DNA from: Propionibacteriaceae bacterium
GTDB taxonomy: Bacteria > Actinomycetota > Actinomycetes > Propionibacteriales > Propionibacteriaceae
Reading direction: 5' to 3'
Assembly (NCBI GenBank): GCA_025965155.1
Contig: JAOPXN010000129.1
Location: 3,211-67,210 of the forward strand
Length of the DNA: 64,000 nucleotides
Made by a program: the position numbers and the translations under genes
The notes under the pieces: generated by a model
The model's database searches: none
What the model was told of the DNA's origin: nothing
What the model saw: the letters and a program-made list of their open reading frames with translations, nothing else
Part shown: positions 36,179 to 45,043 of the stretch, piece after piece
Position numbering within the stretch: position 1 is the stretch's first letter
Layout of the letters: each line of letters begins with the position of its first letter

Positions 36179-39154
36179 TCATGAGAAGGGGAGGGCGATC
36201 ACCGACTTGTTGCCGATGGCGACGGTGGTGCTGGCCCGGCCGATGGCGTTCCAGACCTCCACCTTGACGGTGCCGCCGCGGAGGTCCCCGATCCTGCCTG
36301 TCGAGGCCAGCAGTTGCTGGGCCTCGGTGTAGTGCTCGTACCCCTGGACCGGGTCGGTGGCGAAGTAACGGTACGTCTCGGTCCTGTCCCAGCTACCGTT
36401 GCCGGTGAGGTCGTAGGAGACCCTCAGCTGGACTCCGTTGCCGACCGCCGTCGTGGCGTCGACCAAGAGGTTGAACCGTGTCGGCGAACCGTTGTGCTTC
36501 AAGTTCACCTTGGTGGCTGTGAAGCTCCGCGCCGCGTGCGGTACGCCGTGGTGCTCGCCGCCGCCAGCCGACGCCACCGTGACAGTGCCCGAGGCGCCTT
36601 GCCCGGCCAGGCGACCGTTGCTGGTGAGGTACAGCTTCGGGACGCTGGGTGTGGGTTTCGGTGTCGGCTTCGGTGTGGGCTTCGGTGTGGGCTTCGGTGT
36701 CGGTGTCGGGGTCGGGCTAGGGCTGGGTGCCGGGCGTGGGCCGGTGGTAGCGCGGGCGCTGCCCCCGCTCCAGTTCTGCGCCCCCGCGGCCACAGTCTTG
36801 CCGGCGGCCGCGGTGACCTTCTTGCCGTCGGAGAACGTCACGGTGATGGTCTTCGCCGAGATGTTGGACACCACGTAGGTGCGTTTGCCGGCCCTGGTGA
36901 AGACCGCTGACAGCGGGTGGTTAGCGGTCACGCGGGCATCAACGTTCCCCAGAGCTGCCAGGTTGCGGATCCAATGGAAGGTGTGGGCCTTGCTCTCACC
37001 TTCCTCGGAGACGAAGTTCGGGTCCGCCTTGTACTTGGCCAATGCCGCGGCCGGATCGCCCAGGGCCAGGAACTCCCACAGGATGTCCTTCCAGACGTTG
37101 GGCTCGCCGCCGTTGTTGGTCACCACCTCGTTGTAGTTGATCTTGTTGTAGGAAGGGTTGTGTCCGAGGTACAGGTGGCTACCGGTGATCGGCAGCTGGT
37201 TGATGCCCTGGATCATCTCCGGCTCCGCGCTGAACCAGGTGGCGTACGCGCCACCGTCGCCCCACACCATCCCGACAGTGCTGTGCTTGAACTCCTTCGG
37301 GAACACGTCCTGGTCGACGTCGAACCAGTAGTTCTCGATCGCCGCCTGCTGCGTGGTGTAGATGAAGACACCGGCATCCCGCACTGCGGTGTTCCCGGTG
37401 GCCTGGCCCCACTGGATCAGGGCGCCGGCGAAGTTCATGCCTTCGGAGGACGACTCCTGGTTGTTGCCGGACGCGAACGACCCGTGACCGGAGGCCCAGT
37501 CGTGGCCGGCGTAGATGTCGAAGTCCCGCAGGTAGGGGAACATCTTGTCCGACCGGTCGTAGTTGTTCGCGTCCTTGATGAGCAGGTCCACCATGCCGCC
37601 GTACTGGCTCGACTTGGCCCAGTTCGGGTCGAACTTCGCCAGCGTGGCCGCCGCAGCGATGTAGTAGCCGTAGTGGAAGTGGTGGTCGTTCAGCTCCTGG
37701 TCGGAGCCGTAGCTGGCGCCGTACCCGATCAGAGTGCCCCACGCCTTGTCGTAGTAGAACAGGTGGTCGGTTTCGCCCGAGGACGCGGTGAACCAGTTGT
37801 TCAGGGTCTTCTTCATCGAGGCCAGCGCTTTGTCGCGGACTGCGGTGTTGCCAAGCTGGTCGGCGATCTCGGCGATCCGGGCCGCTCGGCCGAGACCCTT
37901 GCCGGTCCAGTAGGTGTCAGCCTTCTGACCGGCCTCCGGGTTATCGGCGACGGCGTTCAGCAGGCTCGTCATCGCCGACTTGTCGGCCCCGCCGCTGGTG
38001 GCGACGGCGGGCACCTCGGGCAGGATGCCCGTGTACTTCATCACCGTCTTGAACTGGCCGACGCCGACCAAGGTCTTCATTTTGCCGCGCGGTGAGACGT
38101 AGGTCTGGCTGATCGGCGTCGAGCCGCTCAGGGCCTTCCACTGGTGCGGGTAGAGCGAGACGACGGTGCCGCCCTGGCTTCCTTCCCGTTTGGTGGTGGT
38201 GAAGGCGTAGGTGGACGACACGCTGCCGTTGCCGGCGTTGTAGCTGTAGCTGAGCTTGGTGCCCGTCACGTGGGCGTGCGCGTACTTTCCGTACGAGGTG
38301 GCCAGCGCGGTGCGGGCTGCGTTGCTGCTGGCCGCCGTCGTCGGAAGAACAGCCACGGTGAAGTAGCTCTTGCCACCTAGCGAGGAGGAGATGGTCGAGC
38401 CGTTGACCGACCAGCTGGAACCGCTGGGTGCGTAGGCGACGTAGTCGTGGTCGCGCACGCTGAAGCCGACCATCGACCCGGACTTGGCCCACACTGTCGG
38501 CGTCCCGGCGGTGCTGATCTGAGCGTTACCGCCCAAGGCCTGGTAGTACGACATAGGAAGCCCGTGCCCGATGGTTGCCTTGAGGGTCTTGTTGCCATCG
38601 GTCCAGATGGGCGAGACGGTCCAGTCGGACCAGTTGTTCACCTTGACGTTTCCGGCACGCATGCCGGCCACCCCGACGAGCACGTCGCGGGTGTAGGGGA
38701 ACTTGTACTCACCGACGGCCTTGGCGCTGCCGGTGATGACCGGCCTGGTGGTGTAGGAGATCCCCAGACCTCCGGGGTAGGTGTCGTACCCGGCGGGGTG
38801 GGCCATCATCGGTTCGCCGAACGCACAGTCGGTCTTCTTGAACAAGATGGAGGACCACCAGTCGTTGGTGGGGAGTGCGCCCTTCGGTGCGTCCGAGGTG
38901 ACGAAGGCGCGCGGACGGGTGGAGATGTCGCCGCACCCGGTGGGTAGCTTGGCACCTGCCGGGAGTGAGTGGGTGTAGGAGCCGGCGCCAACGCTGGCTG
39001 CTTGGGCTGGTTGTGGCTGGCTCGCGCCCAGGAATGTGCCGAGCACGAGCGCGAAGGCGAGGACGGAGGCTGCTGTACGACAGCGGCCGGGACTAAGGAC
39101 GTCGGGTTCCCGAATGCCGTGGGGGGCGGCACCTCGGGAGGGGGTGACTGTCAC
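36179..39154 (-). CDS. Secreted GH81-family endo-beta-1,3-glucanase with Pro/Thr linker and roughly 150-aa C-terminal beta-rich (putative carbohydrate-binding) domain
   Basis: The signal peptide reads AFALVLGTFLGASQPQPAQA. GH81 core motifs are ELNDHHFHYGYYI, YLRDFDIYAGHDWASGH and NNQESSSEGMNF. The linker reads PSPSPTPTPTPKPTPKPTPKPTPKPTPS. An AAGGAG RBS sits 6 nt before the GTG. Confidence 0.85.
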   Translation of the reverse strand: MTVTPSRGAAPHGIREPDVLSPGRCRTAASVLAFALVLGTFLGASQPQPAQAASVGAGSYTHSLPAGAKLPTGCGDISTRPRAFVTSDAPKGALPTNDWWSSILFKKTDCAFGEPMMAHPAGYDTYPGGLGISYTTRPVITGSAKAVGEYKFPYTRDVLVGVAGMRAGNVKVNNWSDWTVSPIWTDGNKTLKATIGHGLPMSYYQALGGNAQISTAGTPTVWAKSGSMVGFSVRDHDYVAYAPSGSSWSVNGSTISSSLGGKSYFTVAVLPTTAASSNAARTALATSYGKYAHAHVTGTKLSYSYNAGNGSVSSTYAFTTTKREGSQGGTVVSLYPHQWKALSGSTPISQTYVSPRGKMKTLVGVGQFKTVMKYTGILPEVPAVATSGGADKSAMTSLLNAVADNPEAGQKADTYWTGKGLGRAARIAEIADQLGNTAVRDKALASMKKTLNNWFTASSGETDHLFYYDKAWGTLIGYGASYGSDQELNDHHFHYGYYIAAAATLAKFDPNWAKSSQYGGMVDLLIKDANNYDRSDKMFPYLRDFDIYAGHDWASGHGSFASGNNQESSSEGMNFAGALIQWGQATGNTAVRDAGVFIYTTQQAAIENYWFDVDQDVFPKEFKHSTVGMVWGDGGAYATWFSAEPEMIQGINQLPITGSHLYLGHNPSYNKINYNEVVTNNGGEPNVWKDILWEFLALGDPAAALAKYKADPNFVSEEGESKAHTFHWIRNLAALGNVDARVTANHPLSAVFTRAGKRTYVVSNISAKTITVTFSDGKKVTAAAGKTVAAGAQNWSGGSARATTGPRPAPSPSPTPTPTPKPTPKPTPKPTPKPTPSVPKLYLTSNGRLAGQGASGTVTVASAGGGEHHGVPHAARSFTATKVNLKHNGSPTRFNLLVDATTAVGNGVQLRVSYDLTGNGSWDRTETYRYFATDPVQGYEHYTEAQQLLASTGRIGDLRGGTVKVEVWNAIGRASTTVAIGNKSVIALPFS
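36648..36733 (-). repeat. Tandem 12-nt/6-nt repeats encoding the PT/KPTP linker of the GH81 protein
   Basis: The plus strand reads GGTGTGGGTTTCGGTGTCGGCTTCGGTGTGGGCTTCGGTGTGGGCTTCGGTGTCGGTGTCGGGGTCGGG... Confidence 0.8.
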
Positions 39155-39194
39155 TTCGTACTCCTTAGGGGGGTCGGATGAAGAAGGACGTGTA

Positions 39195-39208
39195 TGGGAG
39201 CGCTCTCA
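39195..39208. promoter_or_regulatory. Candidate CebR-type (LacI-family) operator upstream of the GH81 gene
   Basis: TGGGAGCGCTCTCA matches 13/14 of the TGGGAGCGCTCCCA palindrome that I recall as the Streptomyces CebR box. It lies about 40 nt upstream of the GH81 GTG and 135 nt upstream of the divergent ABC ATPase gene. Confidence 0.5.
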
Positions 39209-39343
39209 CGCGTGTAACGTCACCGTAACCTTCCGTCGTGAGGAGCGCAATGGCTTGCGCCGCAACGTTAGCCTGCGGAAACCTCTGGCTTGCGCACGGC
39301 ACGAATTCGGCTGGTCGTGGGGCGGTCGTGTTGACTTGTGCTT

Positions 39344-40114
39344 ATGGCAACAGCGATGTCCCTTCAGGGGCTGTGCAAGACCTTCGGCACCAAGCGGGCC
39401 GTCGATCACCTGGACCTGCAGGTACGGCCCGGATGCATGTTCGGCCTGGTCGGCCCGAACGGTGCTGGCAAGACCACCACGTTGTCGATGGCCACCGGCC
39501 TGCTCCGCCCGGACGCCGGTACCGCAGCGGTCCTCGGACATGATGTCTGGACCGATCCAGCGGCGGCCAAGGCGCTGATCGGGGTGCTCCCCGACGGTGT
39601 GCGGTTATTCGACCGGCTCAGTGGTCGTGAGCTACTGCGCTATGTCGGTCTGCTTCGGCGGGTGCCGCCGGGAGACATCGCGAGCCGGTCGGCCGAGCTG
39701 CTGGAGGCCCTCGGGTTGACCGAGGACGGCAACACCTTGGTGGTCGAGTACTCCGCCGGGATGACCAAGAAGATCGGACTGGCGTGCGCCCTGATCCATG
39801 CGCCCCGGCTGCTGATCCTGGACGAGCCGTTCGAAGCGGTCGACCCGGTGTCCGGTGAGGGGATCCGGTCCATCCTGCGGAGCTACGTCCGCGGCGGCGG
39901 CACCGTGGTGCTGTCCAGCCACGTGATGGAGCTGGTCGAGAGCCTGTGCGACGACCTGGCTGTGGTGGCACAGGGACGGGTGCTGGTCTCTGGCACAGTC
40001 GAGGCGGTCCGGGCCGGGTCCACCTTGCAGCAGCGGTTCTTGGATCTCGTCGGTTTCACGGCCGCAGGTGGGGAGGGGCTCGCGTGGTTGCACTCATCGT
40101 CACCCTCAAGCTGA
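39344..40114 (+). CDS. ABC transporter ATP-binding protein (exporter type)
   Basis: Walker A GPNGAGKTT, signature YSAGMTKK and Walker B LLILDEPF are present. The start could be the ATG at 39344 or 39356, or the GTG at 39338. Confidence 0.88.
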   Translation: MATAMSLQGLCKTFGTKRAVDHLDLQVRPGCMFGLVGPNGAGKTTTLSMATGLLRPDAGTAAVLGHDVWTDPAAAKALIGVLPDGVRLFDRLSGRELLRYVGLLRRVPPGDIASRSAELLEALGLTEDGNTLVVEYSAGMTKKIGLACALIHAPRLLILDEPFEAVDPVSGEGIRSILRSYVRGGGTVVLSSHVMELVESLCDDLAVVAQGRVLVSGTVEAVRAGSTLQQRFLDLVGFTAAGGEGLAWLHSSSPSS

Positions 40115-41676
40115 CGCTGCTGAAGAACAGTCTCAAGCGCAGTGTCTGGCGTACGGTCGGCCTGGTTCTCGGGATGCTGTACGCACTCGGGATCGTCATC
40201 GTGGCGCTGGTCGGGCTGACCGCGCTCCGCTTCGGACCGGTCGACCTGGCCGCAGATGTGACGGTGCTCGTTTTCGCGGTGCTGACCCTGGGCTGGCTTT
40301 TGATGTCACTGCTCGTCTTCGGGGTGGACGAGACGGTCGATCCGGCCAAGTTCGCGCTGCTGCCGGTCCGGGCTCGGGAGCTGCTGCCGGGACTGTTCGT
40401 ATCCGGCCTGATCGGTAGCCCCGGTGTCGCCACGGTGCTGGTCGCGGCGGGCCTGGTGCTGGCCTGGTCCCGCGGGTGGGCTCCGCTGCTCGCGGCCGTG
40501 GTGGCGGTCCCGATCGGGGTGGGCAGCTGCGTGCTGTTGTCCCGGGCCGGGACGGCGGCGTTCGCGTCTTTTCTTTCTTCGCGACGGTTCCGGGATCTGG
40601 CCTTCGTCGTGCTGGCGCTCTTCGGAGCCGCCGTCGGCATCGGCGGAAACCTGCTGGGTAGCGTGGCCCAGTCGGGCTCCTCGCAGCTACGCCAGGTGCT
40701 GGCGGACACCGCGACGGTCGTCGGCTGGACTCCGTTCGGCTGGGTCTGGGCGGTGCCTGCCGATGTGGCCCGGGGCCTCTGGTGGCAGGCCGGAGTGCAC
40801 CTGGTGTTGGCGGTTGCACTGGTGGGTGTGCTGTGGGTGGCGTGGGGGCACCTGCTCGCCAAGCGCCTGATCGAACCGGTGGAGGCCGGTGGTGGAGGGT
40901 CCGGGCGGGTCAAAGAGAACGCGCTGATCGACCGGCTGTATCCGGCAACCCCGGCGGGCGGGGTGGCCGCGAGGACGTTGCGGTACTGGCGTCGCGATCC
41001 TCGCTACCTGGCCGGCGTCGCCGGCCTGCTGATCGCACCGGTCGTCTTGGTGGTGACCCAGCTGATGAACCCCGGCGGCAGCTCGGTGCTGGCTGCATTC
41101 GCGCCGGCCGTGCTGGGTGTGCTGATCGGGGCCAGCATCGCCCAGGACCTCTGCTACGACGGTACGGCGCTCTGGCTCCATGTGGCGTCAGGTCTGCGCG
41201 GGGCGGACGACAGGGCCGGCCGGGTGATGTCGACCCTGACCATCTTCGGCCCGGTCCTGGTGGCCCTGCTGGTGGTCAGCATGGTGGCCACCGCTGAGTG
41301 GTCGCTGCTGGCGCCGGTTGTCGGGCTCACCATCGGGCTGACGCTGACCGGCCTCGGAGTCGGCTCGTTCGTGGGCGCCCTGTGGCAGTGGCCGGCACCT
41401 CCACCGGGCGCAAACCCCTTCCAGAAGGGCAACAGCGGCGGACTTCCGTCCCTGCTGTCGTTCTCCGTCGCCTCACTCGGCACGACGGTCCTGGCCGTAC
41501 CGACCATCGCGGCGGCGGTCGGGTCGCTTTGGTACGGCTGGCTCGGCTACCTGTCCGTCGTGGTCGGGCTGGCCACCGGGCTGCTGGTGCTCCGGATCGG
41601 CATTGCCCAAGGTGGCAGGGTGCTCGACCGCCGCTGGCCCGAGGTGCTGCAGAGCGTCAGCGAACGCTCAGCCTGA
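40084..41676 (+). CDS. Large polytopic ABC exporter permease (about 530 aa)
   Basis: It is hydrophobic throughout with at least 10 predicted TM stretches. The N-terminus LKLTLLKNSLKRSVWR is typical of ABC-2-like permeases. The start is inferred at the in-frame GTG at 40084, overlapping the ATPase gene by 31 nt. The upstream part of the ORF overlaps the ATPase coding frame. Confidence 0.6.
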   Translation: MVALIVTLKLTLLKNSLKRSVWRTVGLVLGMLYALGIVIVALVGLTALRFGPVDLAADVTVLVFAVLTLGWLLMSLLVFGVDETVDPAKFALLPVRARELLPGLFVSGLIGSPGVATVLVAAGLVLAWSRGWAPLLAAVVAVPIGVGSCVLLSRAGTAAFASFLSSRRFRDLAFVVLALFGAAVGIGGNLLGSVAQSGSSQLRQVLADTATVVGWTPFGWVWAVPADVARGLWWQAGVHLVLAVALVGVLWVAWGHLLAKRLIEPVEAGGGGSGRVKENALIDRLYPATPAGGVAARTLRYWRRDPRYLAGVAGLLIAPVVLVVTQLMNPGGSSVLAAFAPAVLGVLIGASIAQDLCYDGTALWLHVASGLRGADDRAGRVMSTLTIFGPVLVALLVVSMVATAEWSLLAPVVGLTIGLTLTGLGVGSFVGALWQWPAPPPGANPFQKGNSGGLPSLLSFSVASLGTTVLAVPTIAAAVGSLWYGWLGYLSVVVGLATGLLVLRIGIAQGGRVLDRRWPEVLQSVSERSA

Positions 41677-42267
41677 CCGGACGGTGAGCACCCGGAAGCC
41701 CTTGGCGCTGGCGGTTCGTTCGCAGCTGTAGCCCTGCTCGACCAGCCATCGCTGCAGCGAGTCGGCGCCCAGGTTCTTTCCGACCACCAACCGGGCCACG
41801 CCGTCGGGGGTGAGCCGGGCAAGCCAGGTCAGCAGCAGCTCGTGCAGTGCCTCCTTGCCGATCCGGATCGGCGGGTTGGACCAGATCTCGTCGTACCGGA
41901 CGTCGTCGGGCACCTGCTCGGGACGCAGCGCCCGTACCTGGTCCGCAACGCCCAGAGCTGCCGCGTTGTCGGCGCAGAGGGCCAACGCACGGTCGTTCAC
42001 ATCGACCGCATCCACCACGGCGCCCGGGCAATGCAGGGCCAGCGCGAGCGCGATCGGGCCGTAGCCGCAGCCGAGGTCGAGCAGTCGCGGTGTCCCTTCC
42101 GGCACCGGCGACTCGCGCATCAGCACGGAGGTGCCGAGATCAAGCCCGTTGCCGGAGAACACGCCGTTGGCGGTGGTCAGCTCCAGCTCGGAGTCCCAGA
42201 TCCGCGCGCTGATGGTCCGTCGCTGTTCCGGTCCCGCGGGGGTACCGGAGAAGTAGTGGTCAGACAC
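41668..42267 (-). CDS. Class I SAM-dependent methyltransferase, RsmC/RsmD-like (methyltransferase small domain)
   Basis: SAM motif I reads LLDLGCGYGPIALAL and the N-methyltransferase motif IV reads WSNPPIRIG. The GTG start at 42267 overlaps the truA stop by 8 nt; the ATG at 42306 is an alternative. Confidence 0.8.
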   Translation of the reverse strand: MSDHYFSGTPAGPEQRRTISARIWDSELELTTANGVFSGNGLDLGTSVLMRESPVPEGTPRLLDLGCGYGPIALALALHCPGAVVDAVDVNDRALALCADNAAALGVADQVRALRPEQVPDDVRYDEIWSNPPIRIGKEALHELLLTWLARLTPDGVARLVVGKNLGADSLQRWLVEQGYSCERTASAKGFRVLTVRSG

Positions 42268-43144
42268 CGGCCGGCACCTCCCGGCTGGACCGGGCCTGCG
42301 CTGCACGCTCGCGGAGCTGGTCGTCCGCGGGGTAGCGGACCTCCTCCAGCGTCAACCCGTGGGCGGGCATCACCTCGACGGAGGAATCCCGTACGGCGCC
42401 GTTCGTCACCTCGGCCAGCCAGTGCAGCGAACGGCGACCCGACCCCACGGCGACCAGTGCGCCGATCAGCGAGCGGACCATCGAGTGGCAGAACGCGTCG
42501 GCGCGGACGGTGACGTCGATACTCCCGGCCAGCGGTCCCGAGTCGACCCGCCGACCGGACAGCTCCAGCAGTGTACGGATGGTGGTGGCACCGAGCCGCC
42601 GGCGGCAGAAGGCGCCGAAGTCCCGCAGCCCGAGCAGGGTGGCCGCGGCGGCGTTCAGCGCGGCCAGGTCGACCGGCTCCTTGATGCGGGTGACGTGATG
42701 GCGCATCAGCGGGTCCAAACCGGCGCCGGCATCCATCAGCCGGTACGAGTACCGCCGCCAGACTGCGCCGAACCGGGCATCGAAGTGCTCCGGCGCCCGG
42801 CTAGCGGCGCGGACGACGACGTCAGGCGGCACGATCCGGCCGAGCCGCCGCACCAGCGCGTCACCGTCGACGACTGCGCCGATGGGGAGGTCGACGTGCG
42901 CCACCTGGCCGCGGGCATGGACACCGGCGTCGGTCCGTCCGGCGCAGACCAGGCTGACCGGCGAGGTCAACCGCAGCACCTGCTGCAGCCAGTGCTCCAG
43001 CTCGCCCTGGACCGTACGCCGGTCCGGCTGCGACGCCCAGCCGGAGAAGCCGGTGCCGTCGTAGCTGATGTCGAGCCGCCAGCGCTGGAGCGCCGGCTGG
43101 CCCGCGGGCTGACCGCCGGGGGCGGCGCTCGGAGTGGCAGTCAT
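42260..43144 (-). CDS. truA: tRNA pseudouridine(38-40) synthase TruA
   Basis: RWRLDISYDGTGFSGWASQP and the catalytic Asp region CAGRTDAGVHARGQVAHVDL are present, with a HSMVRSL-type motif. Confidence 0.93.
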   Translation of the reverse strand: MTATPSAAPGGQPAGQPALQRWRLDISYDGTGFSGWASQPDRRTVQGELEHWLQQVLRLTSPVSLVCAGRTDAGVHARGQVAHVDLPIGAVVDGDALVRRLGRIVPPDVVVRAASRAPEHFDARFGAVWRRYSYRLMDAGAGLDPLMRHHVTRIKEPVDLAALNAAAATLLGLRDFGAFCRRRLGATTIRTLLELSGRRVDSGPLAGSIDVTVRADAFCHSMVRSLIGALVAVGSGRRSLHWLAEVTNGAVRDSSVEVMPAHGLTLEEVRYPADDQLRERAAQARSSREVPAGV

Positions 43145-43145
43145 C

Positions 43146-43877
43146 TCATCGCCGCCGATAGCTGAGGTCGAAGATACGCCGCCCGGCCTCGATCCCGCGC
43201 TGCTCGAACCGGGTCACCGGACGGCCCTCCCACCGGGGGGCCCAGCCGTCCGCGTGGCAGTTGCTGAACAGCTCGTGGTTGTCCAGGACCGCCCGCATCT
43301 GGGTCGCGTAGTCCGCCCAGTCGGTGGCCAGCTGCCACAGCCCGCCGGGCTTCATCCGGGACGCAGCCAGGTCCGCGAACTCCGGGCTCAGCAGCCGCCG
43401 CTTGTGATGCCGCAGCTTGTGCCACGGGTCCGGGAAGAACATCCACAGCCGGTCGACTGAGCTCTGCGGTACCAAGGTGGTGAGCCCCTCGACCGCATCT
43501 GCCTGCACCACCCGTACGTTCTGCACCGCCTCGCTCGCCAGCCGACCCAGGATGCGGGCTACCGCGGGCTGGAACACCTCGAAAGCCAGCACGTTGAAGT
43601 CGCTGTGTGCCCTCGCCATCGGCACCAGCGAGTCGCCCATGCCTGGGCCGATCTCAACGATCAGCGGTGCCGAGCGGCCGAAGGCCTCGGCCAGGTCAAC
43701 CGTGTAGGTGGGGTCGATCGAGGTGTCGGTCTCGGCGCGCGGCACATCCAGGACCCAGCGGTCGTGGTGCGCGTTCCAGGCCTTGCTCTGCTGCGGGTTC
43801 ATCCGGGCACTGCGGCGGACGAAGGACACCACCTCGCGCCGGACCCGGGTCCTGCCCCGATGATCGGGCTGGGTCAC
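43146..43877 (-). CDS. trmB: tRNA (guanine46-N7)-methyltransferase TrmB
   Basis: IVEIGPGMGDSL is the SAM motif. MFFPDPWHKLRHHKRRLL is the TrmB signature. Confidence 0.92.
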   Translation of the reverse strand: MTQPDHRGRTRVRREVVSFVRRSARMNPQQSKAWNAHHDRWVLDVPRAETDTSIDPTYTVDLAEAFGRSAPLIVEIGPGMGDSLVPMARAHSDFNVLAFEVFQPAVARILGRLASEAVQNVRVVQADAVEGLTTLVPQSSVDRLWMFFPDPWHKLRHHKRRLLSPEFADLAASRMKPGGLWQLATDWADYATQMRAVLDNHELFSNCHADGWAPRWEGRPVTRFEQRGIEAGRRIFDLSYRRR

Positions 43878-44089
43878 CGGTTATGCCGTTCGTACGCCAG
43901 CAGGATGCCGCCGAACACAGCCAGGCAGACCAGAAACACCGCAACGCCGACGGCGATGGAGTCGCTCAGGTAGACCCCGGTGGCGCCGGCGGTCGCGCAG
44001 ACCATGGAGAGCAGCCACAGCCGCCCTTCCTTGGCGAGCTGGCCTCGGGTGTCAGGATCCACAACCATGGTCAGAGAATCTACCCGCAC
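43874..44089 (-). CDS. Small two-TM membrane protein (hypothetical)
   Basis: The 71-aa ORF has two hydrophobic helices (LWLLSMVCATAGATGVYL and VGVAVFLVCLAVFGGILLAY). Its stop overlaps the trmB start by 4 nt. Confidence 0.45.
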   Translation of the reverse strand: MRVDSLTMVVDPDTRGQLAKEGRLWLLSMVCATAGATGVYLSDSIAVGVAVFLVCLAVFGGILLAYERHNR

Positions 44090-44167
44090 TGCTCCGCTGG
44101 GCCTGCTTCTGCCCGAGTCGGGAGACTCGCCCGGGTGCGCACGAGTTTCCCGACAGCGCCGGACGGT

Positions 44168-45043
44168 TCAGCTGGTGATGTCCTTGTTCGAGAACCGGGC
44201 CCAGGCGGCCAGCCAGAAGACCACAGCGTAGACAGCCGCCGTGAGCAGCCCGCGGCTGATGTTGTCGGTGGCGATGGGGTCGCGCAGCAGGTCGCCGAAG
44301 GCGGTCCACCAGTGCGTCAGTAACCACGGATGGAGCCAGTCCAGCTGCGAGATCGAGTCAAGGATGAACATCATCACGTTGATCAGGACGACCGCAATGG
44401 TGGCGGCGATCGGCTGCTCGGTCAGCGTGGACACGAACAGCCCGATGGCGCCGAGGGCAGCGAAGCACACGGCCAGATAGCCGGTGGTCAGCAGGATCCG
44501 CCACAGTCCGTCGGCGAGGCTGGTCTGGCTGCCCGACAGCAGCGTCATGTCGCCGCCACCGAACAGCGACAGACCCATCACCGTACCGACGGTGGCCACC
44601 AGGAGGGTGGCGACGAAGGCGAAGATGACGATGGCGGCGTACTTGACGGCCAGCAGCCGGGTCCGGCCCGCCGGAATGGTCAGCAGGTACCGCAGCGTCC
44701 CGAGGTTGGCCTCGCCCGCGACCGCGTCCCCGGAGACCGCGGCCACCGCAAGCGGCAAAAACAGCGGCATCTCCACCGTGAGCGCGGCCAGCGCCACGAA
44801 CAGCCCGTTCCCGGTGATAGAGCTGACGAAGTCGGGGCCGTCACCTCCACCGCTGGGGCCGGACGCCTTGACGGCGATGGCGATGATCACCGGCACGACC
44901 GCCAGCACCAACATCCCGGCGAGGTTGCGGCGGCGCCCGAAGATGATCCGCAGCTCCGAGGCCAGGAACCTCAGCGACCGCCCGGGGCGCCGTACCGGCG
45001 TTGCTAAGACGCGCTCCGGCGCCAACATCTCAGCCGCTGACAT
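44168..45043 (-). CDS. ABC-2 type exporter permease
   Basis: 291 aa with six hydrophobic segments. A 14-nt overlap with the upstream ATPase gene indicates an operon. Confidence 0.8.
   Translation of the reverse strand: MSAAEMLAPERVLATPVRRPGRSLRFLASELRIIFGRRRNLAGMLVLAVVPVIIAIAVKASGPSGGGDGPDFVSSITGNGLFVALAALTVEMPLFLPLAVAAVSGDAVAGEANLGTLRYLLTIPAGRTRLLAVKYAAIVIFAFVATLLVATVGTVMGLSLFGGGDMTLLSGSQTSLADGLWRILLTTGYLAVCFAALGAIGLFVSTLTEQPIAATIAVVLINVMMFILDSISQLDWLHPWLLTHWWTAFGDLLRDPIATDNISRGLLTAAVYAVVFWLAAWARFSNKDITS

Noticed and set aside
39946-40083. Upstream extension of the permease ORF
   Set aside because: It overlaps the 3' part of the ABC ATPase gene in another frame and encodes a Gly/Arg-rich sequence. 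The hydrophobic protein begins at the GTG at 40084.
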